13,527 bases of DNA. It comes from an uncultured bacterium (lineage in GTDB: Bacteria; Auribacterota; JABMQX01; JAFGEW01). The stretch spans positions 1-13,527 of the forward strand of contig CBDUSE010000088.1 of the NCBI GenBank assembly GCA_965369835.1, written 5' to 3'. The notes under the pieces are model-generated. The model saw only the letters and a list, made by a program, of their open reading frames with translations. It ran no database searches and was not told the DNA's origin. Position 1 is the first letter of the stretch, and every line of letters begins with the position of its first letter. The translations under genes were made by a program, and so were the position numbers. Positions 1 through 6,836 of this stretch are shown here, one piece after another.

Positions 1-1
1 C

Positions 2-1399
2 GGTGAAGCGCCTCGACCGGCGCCCGAGCCGGAACCTGCCGAGCTCGAGGCGGCGGGACCGGCCGTCGCCGAACCGATCCCGGCCCAGCCCGAAACACCC
101 CAGCCGCAGCCGGAGCTTGCCGCTACGGAAGCGCAAACCATGGCGGAGCCTGTCGAGCAGAAAGGCGGCCAGGCCGCGGCCGAGGTGGGGCCGCGGAAGG
201 TGCAGGCGGTCAAGACGATGCGGATCGACCAGGAGAAACTCGATATTTTCATGAACCTGGTCGGCGAACTGATCATCACGAAGAACACGTTCGCGCACAT
301 CGTCAGGCGGATCGAGGGCAACGACTTCACCGACGAGATGCTGAAGGAGTTCAAGTCCGGTGTCTTCTCGGTCAACCGGATCTCGGACGACCTGCAGGTC
401 AACGTCATGGATATGCGCATGGTGCCGGTGCGCGTGGTGTTCTCGCGCTTCCCCCGGCTGGTGCGCGATCTGGCGAGGAAAAACGGCAAGAAGGTCCGTC
501 TTATCGTCCACGGCGAGGAGACAGAGCTCGACAAGGGCATCGCCGAGGACATCGGCGACCCGCTCGTACACCTGATCCGTAACTCGGTGGATCACGGCAT
601 CGAGACGCCCGAACGGCGTCGCGAGGCGGGTAAGGATGAGACCGGTACGATCATCCTGCGCGCGGCCCACGAGGGCAACGCCATCGTGATCGAGATCACC
701 GACGATGGCGCGGGCATTGATCCGGAGAAGGTGAAGCGCAAGGCCCTCGAAAAGGGCCTCATGACCCCGGACGAGGCCGACGGCATGAGCGAGCGTGATC
801 TGGTCAAATTGATCTGCCGGCCCGGCTTCAGCACGGCAGAGAAAGTCACCGACGTGTCGGGCCGCGGCGTCGGCATGGACGTGGTGCATACGAACATCTC
901 GAAGCTCAACGGCACAGTAAAAATCGAGAGCAAAGTTGCCGAGGGCACGATGATCCGTGTCGAGCTGCCGCTGACCCTGGCGATCATCGAGGCGCTGCTG
1001 GTGCGCGCCGGCGGGCAGGATTTCGCCGTACCGCTCGATGCAGTGGACGAGACGATCAGCATCGCGCGTGACCAGATTCAGTGGTTACAGGGCAAGGAGG
1101 CGATCATGCTCCGGGGCGAGCCGATAGGTCTTGTGCACCTGGACCGGCTTCTGCGCCTCAAGGGCAATGGCGGGAAGAGTCGGGCAAAGCTGCCGGTGGT
1201 GATTCTCTCGGTTGGGGTCCACCGGGTCGGTGTGGTCGTCGAGCAACTGCACGATCAGGAAGAGATCGTGATCAAACCGTTGGACGAGTGCCTCGCCACG
1301 ATCAAAGGGCTGGGCGGGGCTTCGATCATGGGCGATGGCCGGATCGTGGTTATCCTCGATCCGCTCGAGATAGTCGGGATGGCCGTCGGAGGCGCGTAG
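2..1399 (+). CDS. cheA: Chemotaxis histidine kinase CheA, 5'-truncated at the window edge. Visible domains: Pro/Glu-rich linker, P3 dimerization, P4 HATPase_c, P5 CheW-like. The Hpt/P1 and P2 domains lie upstream of the window.
   Basis: Frame 2 is open from nt 2 with no stop and translates to a PEPEPAELE...PQPQPE low-complexity linker typical of CheA inter-domain linkers. Then comes IDQEKLDIFMNLVGELIITKN (dimerization domain). Then kinase motifs DPLVHLIRNSVDHG (N box), ITDDGAGID (G1), GRGVGMDVV (G2). Then a C-terminal CheW-like domain (GQDFAVPLDAV...VVILDPLEI). Stop TAG at 1397-1399. The listed start at 140 is only an internal Met. Confidence 0.9.
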   Translation, partial: GEAPRPAPEPEPAELEAAGPAVAEPIPAQPETPQPQPELAATEAQTMAEPVEQKGGQAAAEVGPRKVQAVKTMRIDQEKLDIFMNLVGELIITKNTFAHIVRRIEGNDFTDEMLKEFKSGVFSVNRISDDLQVNVMDMRMVPVRVVFSRFPRLVRDLARKNGKKVRLIVHGEETELDKGIAEDIGDPLVHLIRNSVDHGIETPERRREAGKDETGTIILRAAHEGNAIVIEITDDGAGIDPEKVKRKALEKGLMTPDEADGMSERDLVKLICRPGFSTAEKVTDVSGRGVGMDVVHTNISKLNGTVKIESKVAEGTMIRVELPLTLAIIEALLVRAGGQDFAVPLDAVDETISIARDQIQWLQGKEAIMLRGEPIGLVHLDRLLRLKGNGGKSRAKLPVVILSVGVHRVGVVVEQLHDQEEIVIKPLDECLATIKGLGGASIMGDGRIVVILDPLEIVGMAVGGA

Positions 1400-1416
1400 C
1401 GCGGCGGGCGAGGCGG

Positions 1417-2271
1417 CTAGAGCTCGAAGAGCCCCTTTTCCGCCTCGAGCGTTTCTTTGATCATTGTAAGGAATCCGTCAACTCGTTCTTTGGAAACGCC
1501 AAGGGCCTCCATGGTGATCTCCATGCCTTCGACGGGGATCTCGGCGCCCTCGGAGACCGGTACGAGTATCTGGTTAGTGATGCCGTCGGCCAGGTTGATG
1601 AGCGCGGTGAGCTCCTTGGGACGGGGCTTGAGCTTGTTGAACGCGGGCCTCTCGAGCGAGTGGTGTAGCCCGATGGCGGACTCGAAGTTCTCCGGCAGGT
1701 TCCACCGGTTTATGAGGACCGCCCCGACGTCGGCATGGGTAAACCCGTAGGCGTCACGCTCGCTGATGTAGCACGGGACGCCTTGCTTCTGCTGGGCGAG
1801 GATGTCGGTGTAGCGCTCAGGGTCCTGTGTGTGGAAGATGAGTTTGCCCAGGTCGTGCAGGAGCCCCGCGGTGAAGGCGTCCTCGAGGTTGCCGGGGCAA
1901 AACGCAATCGCAAGGACATGCGAGGCGACGCCGACGGCGAGCGAGTGCTCCCACAGCGTCTGTTCCGTGGCGCTCTGCTGGTGATAAAGGCTCTTGGTGC
2001 TGGTGGCGATGACCAGGTTCTTCAGGGTGTTGAACCCGAGCACGACGACGGCAAGCTGGATCGAGCCGACTTTACGCGCGCAGCCGTAGAACGCCGAGTT
2101 GGCGATCTTGAGGATGCGGGTCACCAGCGCCTGATCGGTCTCGATGACCTTCGAGAGCGAATCGGCCGAGGCCTCGAGGCTCATCAGTTCGCGCATGACG
2201 CGCGTGGCGACCACCGGCATCGGTGGGAGCGTGCAGGAGTTGCTGATAAGTTCATGCAGGTCTGTTGTCAT
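1417..2271 (-). CDS. HDOD (HD-related output domain) protein, about 284 aa. Putative signalling protein often associated with c-di-GMP or chemotaxis modules.
   Basis: The translation from MTTDLHELISNS... contains HDOD hallmarks: LKIANSAFYG, LAVVVLGFNTLKNLV, HSLAVGVASHVLA, AGLLHDLGKL. Start ATG at 2271-2269 is preceded by GGCGAGGACC (GAGG SD about 5 nt upstream). The longer 494-aa ORF extending to 2901 is an N-terminal shadow extension that runs through the intergenic region and overlaps cheY on the other strand. Confidence 0.85.
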   Translation of the reverse strand: MTTDLHELISNSCTLPPMPVVATRVMRELMSLEASADSLSKVIETDQALVTRILKIANSAFYGCARKVGSIQLAVVVLGFNTLKNLVIATSTKSLYHQQSATEQTLWEHSLAVGVASHVLAIAFCPGNLEDAFTAGLLHDLGKLIFHTQDPERYTDILAQQKQGVPCYISERDAYGFTHADVGAVLINRWNLPENFESAIGLHHSLERPAFNKLKPRPKELTALINLADGITNQILVPVSEGAEIPVEGMEITMEALGVSKERVDGFLTMIKETLEAEKGLFEL

Positions 2272-2433
2272 GGTCCTCGCCTTTGCTGAAGGCTTTGGCC
2301 ATTGATCCGTCACCTGGCCATTCTGGGAGGGGGCGGACGGCGTGTCAAGCACGAGAGGCGGGTTTTGGAAATACGGCAGGGGAAACCGCCGGCGCCGCCG
2401 GACCACTGGTTTAGCAGCCGCCCGGTGCAAAAG

Positions 2434-2449
2434 TGGCATAGAAATAGCG
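2434..2449 (+). promoter_or_regulatory. Sigma-54 (RpoN) -24/-12-like element, TGGCAT-N5-TAGCG, upstream of cheY
   Basis: The sequence aagTGGCATagaaaTAGCGtg has the GG and GC dinucleotides at the canonical spacing of TGGCAC-N5-TTGC. It lies about 33 nt upstream of the cheY ATG (2482), so the TSS would fall near 2460. Pattern match only. Confidence 0.3.
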
Positions 2450-2481
2450 TGCAAGATCAATAGGCAGGGAGGGAAGAGCTC

Positions 2482-2871
2482 ATGCCGAGCATGAAAGTGT
2501 TGGTCGTTGACGATTCTTCGACCATGCGCCGTATTATCATCAATTCCCTGAACAAGCTGCAGTTCAGTCAGGTCGCCGAGGCCGAGAACGGCGTGGACGC
2601 GCTCGAAAAACTCACCGCCGAAACCGGGTTGATCGTCACGGACTGGAACATGCCCGAGATGAACGGACTGGAGTTTATCAAGGCGCTCCGGTCGAAACCG
2701 CAGTACAAGGACGTGCCGATCATCATGGTCACTACCGAGGCGGGCAAGAGCGAGATCGTCGAGGCGATCAAGAACGGCGTGAACAACTACATCGTCAAGC
2801 CGTTCACGATCGATGTGCTCAGGGACAAGATCCAGAGCGTGCTGGGCATCGAGCTCGGAGAGCTCGGCTAA
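2482..2871 (+). CDS. cheY: CheY-like single-domain response regulator (receiver domain)
   Basis: MKVLVVDDSSTMRRII (acid pocket DD), phospho-acceptor Asp in IVTDWNMPEMNG, conserved Thr in IIMVTTEA, conserved Lys in YIVKPF. Length 129 aa. SD GGGAGGGAAG upstream of the ATG. Confidence 0.92.
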   Translation: MPSMKVLVVDDSSTMRRIIINSLNKLQFSQVAEAENGVDALEKLTAETGLIVTDWNMPEMNGLEFIKALRSKPQYKDVPIIMVTTEAGKSEIVEAIKNGVNNYIVKPFTIDVLRDKIQSVLGIELGELG

Positions 2872-2913
2872 CCGACGCGGCGCTGGACCAGACTGCTTCA
2901 TTAGGAGGTTACC

Positions 2914-3390
2914 ATGCCTGCATCCATGAAGGTTGATTACATCAACCCCTTTATTCGCAGCACGACCAATGCCCTCGAGACAATGGCGTTCACCAAGGCC
3001 AAGATCGGCAAGCCGTATCTGAAGACGGCCGACGCGCCGAAGTGCGACATCTCTGGCACGATCGGCTTGACCGGGGAAGCCACCGGCTCGGTCACCGTCA
3101 ACTTAGGCAAGGGTCTCGCCTGCGCGGTCATCTCGAGAATGCTCAGCGAGGAGCACACGGAGATGGATGCGACCGTCAAGGACGGTGTCGGCGAGATCGC
3201 CAACATGATTGCCGGCGGCGCCAAGGGCGAGATGCAGGACAAGGGCATGAACTTCCAGATCGCCCTGCCGACAGTGACGCTGGGGTTCGACCAGAGCCAC
3301 AGCCATCCGCCTGATGTGAGCTGTGTCGTTGTGCCGTTCTCGACGGACGTGGGGGATTTTACGATCGAGGTTGCCCTCAAGATAGGCTAG
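2914..3390 (+). CDS. cheX: CheX-type CheY-P phosphatase (CheC/CheX/FliY family)
   Basis: 158 aa. N-terminal MKVDYINPFIRSTTNALETM and central GEIANMIAGGAKGEM are characteristic of CheX/CheC-like phosphatases (E..N motif, here GEIAN). Strong SD TTAGGAGGTtaccATG. It sits immediately downstream of cheY with no terminator, so it is probably co-transcribed. Confidence 0.85.
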   Translation: MPASMKVDYINPFIRSTTNALETMAFTKAKIGKPYLKTADAPKCDISGTIGLTGEATGSVTVNLGKGLACAVISRMLSEEHTEMDATVKDGVGEIANMIAGGAKGEMQDKGMNFQIALPTVTLGFDQSHSHPPDVSCVVVPFSTDVGDFTIEVALKIG

Positions 3391-3414
3391 CCGCCGTACG
3401 CGGACGCAACACCG

Positions 3415-4698
3415 ATGGCGGCCCAGAGGCAACACTTCGCGGTCTCCTTCCGCCCATCTTCCGAGATCCGGAAGAGGCTTCGCCTCGGCACCATTGTGCG
3501 CGCTGTCGTTGTTCAGCCGCTGGCCAAGGGCACCGCGATGATCAGCGTCCGCGGCCTCAACACGGTTTCCGTTTCACCCCTTCCACTGATGCGTGGCCAG
3601 GTGCTCTACGCCGAAGTGACCGACATCGGCGAGAAGGTGCACTTGCGCATTGTGCCGTCGCCGAAGGTGCGTGAGGCAAGCCGGGCCACCACCGCCGCCG
3701 AACTGGCGCGCCACCTTGCCGGCCTCGGTATCGAACCGACCGAAGCGGCCATCTGCCTCGCCGCTGCTATGCTCTCAGCCGAGCTTCCGATCACGGCGGA
3801 GGATTTTGCCACGGTGTCCCGACTGGTGCATGAAGCGGGTCGCGACGACGAGGCGACGGCCGCGGCCGCTGCATACACCGTTCGCCATGGGCTCGCCGAC
3901 GATGCGGAAGCCATCGCAGCCGTGCGGGTGGCGCTCTTCGAGCCGCCGTGTCTCGGGGAGCTGCTTGTCGCCCTCGAGGCGGCGCTCTCGTCGGCCAATC
4001 CGGCGCCTTCCGGTCGGGAAAGTATCGCTTCAGCGGTCCGATCGCTCTTGAGACGCCTTCGTTCGGGCGGCCCGGGTGAGTGGCTCTCGTGCGCGGCGGA
4101 ACTCTACGCGGCACCCGCCCAGCCGGAAGCCGAATCCCCGTGCGACTGGCCGGCCCTGCTGGCGCAATGCGCACCCGGGGGAGAAGGAGACCTCGCCGAG
4201 ATCGCCACCCGTTTGCGCGCCGTGCTGGCCGGTTTGCGTGCGGCACACGAGGTCGGCACGCGTGCGGGGGAAGCTCGCTGGATGTTCCAGGTGCCGTTCG
4301 TCCGAAGGGGCGCTGTTGCCACCGCTTTTGTCGAGCTCGCCGGACCGCCGGGAGCATTGCACGCTATGCTCCTGCCAAGCCACGTCAAGGCGCCTGTGCC
4401 GAGCCTCATCGAGGTACGGGCCTGGGTGCCGCTCGAGGCTGACGGCATGGTGTGGTGCGAGCTTCGCGTCCAAGACGGGCTGGCAAAGGGCAAGCTGCGA
4501 GTGGTGGGGGCTGACGAGGCAGGCTCGGTCGCCGCTGAGGCCAAAGCCTGGATCGTCCGGGAGCTGCGTCGCGCCGGCACCGAGCTTTCGAGCCTTGTTG
4601 AGGAAGCTCCTGACGACGAGGGCGCCGGCGCGGGCCGGAGTACCGGCCCGGAGCGTGATCAGGTCATGCCGACAGTCGGCCTGGACTTCAGGATCTGA
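3415..4698 (+). CDS. Ala/Leu/Glu-rich hypothetical protein (427 aa), possibly a FliK-like hook-length-control or related flagellar/chemotaxis accessory protein
   Basis: Long ORF in the same frame as cheX, starting 8 codons after the cheX stop. It has a weak SD, so translational coupling or reinitiation is likely. GC3-biased codon usage, in contrast to the Arg/Pro-rich junk in overlapping frames. The N-terminal segment GTIVRAVVVQPLAKGTAMISVRG...GQVLYAEV and C-terminal segment LLPSHVKAPVPSLIEVRAWVPLEADGMVWCELRVQDGLAKGKLRVVGADEAG...AKAWIVRELRRAGTEL loosely recall the N- and C-terminal (Flg_hook) regions of FliK-type proteins. No confident family assignment. Confidence 0.55.
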   Translation: MAAQRQHFAVSFRPSSEIRKRLRLGTIVRAVVVQPLAKGTAMISVRGLNTVSVSPLPLMRGQVLYAEVTDIGEKVHLRIVPSPKVREASRATTAAELARHLAGLGIEPTEAAICLAAAMLSAELPITAEDFATVSRLVHEAGRDDEATAAAAAYTVRHGLADDAEAIAAVRVALFEPPCLGELLVALEAALSSANPAPSGRESIASAVRSLLRRLRSGGPGEWLSCAAELYAAPAQPEAESPCDWPALLAQCAPGGEGDLAEIATRLRAVLAGLRAAHEVGTRAGEARWMFQVPFVRRGAVATAFVELAGPPGALHAMLLPSHVKAPVPSLIEVRAWVPLEADGMVWCELRVQDGLAKGKLRVVGADEAGSVAAEAKAWIVRELRRAGTELSSLVEEAPDDEGAGAGRSTGPERDQVMPTVGLDFRI

Positions 4699-4715
4699 AC
4701 CGGCCTCTGCACAGG

Positions 4716-5165
4716 TCAGGCGCTGCGGTCAACGCCCGCCTTTTTCCCTGGAACAAAGTCCCTGGCGTAGGCGTGTAGTGTCTCCCGCCCTTTCCGCAGC
4801 CCGTTGAGTTCATCGGTCATTTCCGCTTTTCGTGTGCTGATCACCTCGGCGATGAGGTCGTCCTGCTGCGTGATGGACTCGACGAGTTTGTCCGACTTGC
4901 TGATGAGCGTGCGCAGGCGGGCCTTCTGGTCGGCGGAAAGCGTCCCGGCCCGTGTAGGCTCTAGCTGCGGGCCGAGTGCTTGCTCAAGCTCACGCCACTG
5001 CCGTAGTGCATGGTCGCGGCGGCGGATGAGCCGGTCGAGCCGTCGGGTTTTACCCTGCTCGACGCACTTGCGCTGGCGCTGGGCGAGTTCAAGCACCTCG
5101 GTCAGCAGCTCGACGCGCCGCTCGAACTTCGCAATGAGGTCTTCGTTGAGTGCGGTGGTCGTCAT
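4716..5165 (-). CDS. Small coiled-coil protein (about 149 aa), FlgN-like flagellar export chaperone family (tentative)
   Basis: The start at Met of MTTTALNEDLIAKFERRVELL... is supported by a strong SD (AGGAGGT, 5 nt upstream on the minus strand, plus coords 5171-5177). The protein is Leu/Glu/Arg/Gln-rich with heptad-like periodicity (LTEVLELAQRQRK..., LRTLISKSDKLVESITQQDDLIAEV) resembling FlgN-family chaperones. The ORF-track start at 5324 would overlap the upstream gene and lacks an SD. Confidence 0.55.
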   Translation of the reverse strand: MTTTALNEDLIAKFERRVELLTEVLELAQRQRKCVEQGKTRRLDRLIRRRDHALRQWRELEQALGPQLEPTRAGTLSADQKARLRTLISKSDKLVESITQQDDLIAEVISTRKAEMTDELNGLRKGRETLHAYARDFVPGKKAGVDRSA

Positions 5166-5175
5166 TTCGGACCTC

Positions 5176-6231
5176 CTATTTCGACACGATGCACAGCCCG
5201 CGATCGGCGAGCGGGAGCGTGACGCGTGCGCCGTCGCGCTTGCTCGACTCGAACATCGCAAGTGCCAGCTCGAGCGCCGCGCGGGCATCCTCGGCCGTCG
5301 AGGAGGTTGTGCCGCCCTGTTCAATCGCCTCGACGAGCTCTTTGACGGCGAGCACGTAGGGGTTCGTCTCGCCGGCGGGCGGCGACGGGAACGGCGCGCG
5401 GCGCAGCTCGAAGAAGCCGTCGTAGTGCGGGCTCTCGCCGGACTCGAAGAGCTCGAGTACGCCGTTGTTGCCGATCCGGACGCGGCCGCGGGAGCCGAGC
5501 AGGTCGAGCTCGAACAGCGAGTAGTCCTTGGCGATCGCGTCCACGTGCGCGTACGCGCCGCACTGCATCTCGATCGTGGCGACGCCGTCGCCGTCGTCGT
5601 TCGTCTCGTTGGTGTCGGGGTCCACGTGCGGCCACGTCGAGGCCGAGACCGATTGGGCCGGCCCGGCGAGCCACAGGAGCGCGTCGAAGAAGTGCGTCCC
5701 GGTGTGGATCATCTGGCCGCTGAACGCGCCGCGAACCGACTGCAACTCGCCAAGGCGGCCGTCGTCGAGCAGCGCCTTGAGCGCACGGAAGTCCCAGCAC
5801 CATCGGCGGCTGTGGTTGACGGTCATCGCGATGGTGCGTGTGCGGCAGAGCTCGACGATCTCATCCGCCGCCGCGAGGCTCGTCGCCAGCGCCTTCTCAC
5901 AGAAGATGCCGCGCACGCCGCACGCGATGGCCGCGCGCACGACGTCGAGCCGGACCGACGCAGGAGTACAAATGCTGACGAGATCGGGCCGTTGCTCGTC
6001 GAGCATCGTCTCGAAGTCGTCGTACGCGGCGGGGATGTCGAAGCGCTGCGCGAACTGTTCGGCGCTCTCGATCGTGCGGCCGGCGCAGGCGACAATGCGC
6101 GTCGCTTCGACCGCCCGGTAGGCGCCCGCGTGCGTGCTCGGGTGGCCGCGACGGGTATCGTCCTCGAGCAGGCCCGCGATCCGACCACACCCCACAATGG
6201 CAGCGCGTATGGTTTCTTCTCGAGCGGTCAT
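5176..6231 (-). CDS. Gfo/Idh/MocA-family NAD(P)-dependent oxidoreductase
   Basis: N-terminal Rossmann fingerprint IRAAIVGCGRIAGLL. Typical family elements follow: conserved EKA/EKP motif (here FCEKALA) and a C-terminal alpha/beta dimerization region. Its ATG (6231) overlaps the stop of the upstream gene in a palindromic TCATGA (ATGA-type coupling). Its stop at 5176 is 10 nt before the SD of the next gene. Confidence 0.85.
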   Translation of the reverse strand: MTAREETIRAAIVGCGRIAGLLEDDTRRGHPSTHAGAYRAVEATRIVACAGRTIESAEQFAQRFDIPAAYDDFETMLDEQRPDLVSICTPASVRLDVVRAAIACGVRGIFCEKALATSLAAADEIVELCRTRTIAMTVNHSRRWCWDFRALKALLDDGRLGELQSVRGAFSGQMIHTGTHFFDALLWLAGPAQSVSASTWPHVDPDTNETNDDGDGVATIEMQCGAYAHVDAIAKDYSLFELDLLGSRGRVRIGNNGVLELFESGESPHYDGFFELRRAPFPSPPAGETNPYVLAVKELVEAIEQGGTTSSTAEDARAALELALAMFESSKRDGARVTLPLADRGLCIVSK

Positions 6232-6578
6232 GACGGCTCTCTCGTGCGGCCGACGGCCTCCTCGATTGTCATCTTGCGGACGATACGCTTGACCTCGGCC
6301 ATGATCTCATCGCCGTCGTCCGGGGCGAACTTCTCGTCGAGGGCGCGGTCAATCGCAGCGAGCAGGTCCGGGTCGAGCTGCGCTGCGGCACTGCCGGCAA
6401 GCACCTCGCGGCCGATGCCCTCGACGACCGCCTCGCGCACGTCCCAGCGCTTGAACTGGTCGAGGTGCTTCTCGGTGAGGCGCGTGCCGCGCGGCAGGAG
6501 CATGAGGCCCTTGCTGTTGAACAGCGGCAGCGCCAGGACCATTCCGGGCTGAAGCTCGCTCAGGCTCAGCAGGCCCAT
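6228..6578 (-). CDS. Standalone DUF3391-like domain protein (116 aa). The domain is normally found N-terminal to HD-GYP phosphodiesterases.
   Basis: LSLSELQPGMVLALPLFNSKGLMLLPRGTRLTEKHLDQFKRWDVREAVVE matches the L-x-PGM-V ... G..L......I..L...GV..V pattern I associate with DUF3391. SD AAGGAGA about 9 nt upstream of the ATG at 6578. It is the first gene of a minus-strand operon, followed by the oxidoreductase and the FlgN-like gene. Confidence 0.65.
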   Translation of the reverse strand: MGLLSLSELQPGMVLALPLFNSKGLMLLPRGTRLTEKHLDQFKRWDVREAVVEGIGREVLAGSAAAQLDPDLLAAIDRALDEKFAPDDGDEIMAEVKRIVRKMTIEEAVGRTREPS

Positions 6579-6836
6579 CCGATGGTGTCTCCTTTACGTC
6601 CCGGCACAGTGCAGCCTCCTCGTTCTGAGTGATGCAAGAGACGTGCCACGGACAGCGGGCGGCAGGCTGCATGAACTCCAGAGAAGGGGGTAGGTGAGGG
6701 CAAGAAGAGGAATGTGGGCCTTTGCGACACCCTGTCCCCTGGCAGAGAGGGTACGTCCGGGTCAGAGCGGTAACTCGGGGGATGGTACGGATATTGCGTT
6801 GGAAAAGCTGAGTGAGCGAGTTTCTGGAGCAGGTGC

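Noticed and set aside
3-254. 83-aa Arg/Ser/Pro-rich ORF at the window start
   Set aside because: It lies in a different frame from the CheA linker region and has a junk-like composition. Frame 2 is open from nt 2 and continues into unmistakable CheA domains.
140-1399. Treating Met-140 as the true start of a 419-aa CheA
   Set aside because: CheA requires an N-terminal Hpt (P1) domain. The frame is open upstream to the window edge and encodes a typical Pro/Glu-rich CheA linker, so the gene is 5'-truncated by the window.
2850-2867. Tandem 9-nt direct repeat gagctcgga/gagctcggc at the 3' end of cheY
   Set aside because: It simply encodes ELGELG at the protein C-terminus. It is too short and too isolated to be a repeat element.
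1417-2901. 494-aa minus-strand ORF suggesting a much larger HDOD protein
   Set aside because: The N-terminal 210 codons are Arg/Pro/His/Leu-rich with no motifs. They run through the divergent promoter region and antisense to cheY. The internal Met at 2271 has an SD and gives a canonical HDOD protein of about 284 aa.
4719-4745. GC stretch followed by TTTTT just past the 427-aa gene stop, a possible intrinsic terminator
   Set aside because: I could not form a stem longer than 4 bp, and the T-run lies inside the convergent FlgN-like CDS.
3600-4800. Multiple overlapping ORFs (3606..3998 -, 3650..4051 +, 3791..4357 -, 4030..4473 -, 4076..4807 +, 4080..4442 +, 4104..4580 -) within the 427-aa gene
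   Set aside because: All are Arg/Pro/Ser-rich off-frame shadows of a GC-rich, Ala-rich coding region. Only the 3415..4698 frame shows GC3 bias and protein-like composition.
4804-6552. 582-aa plus-strand ORF
   Set aside because: It is antisense to three minus-strand genes that have clear family motifs (Rossmann GCGRIAG, DUF3391-like PGM motif) and SDs. Its translation is Ser/Arg/Ala-rich low complexity.
6750-6789. Two GGTACG hexamers 34 nt apart in the divergent intergenic region, and a TGGCAG sequence resembling a sigma-54 -24 box
   Set aside because: The hexamer pair could arise by chance and has no dyad symmetry. The TGGCAG is not followed by a GC dinucleotide at the -12 spacing.
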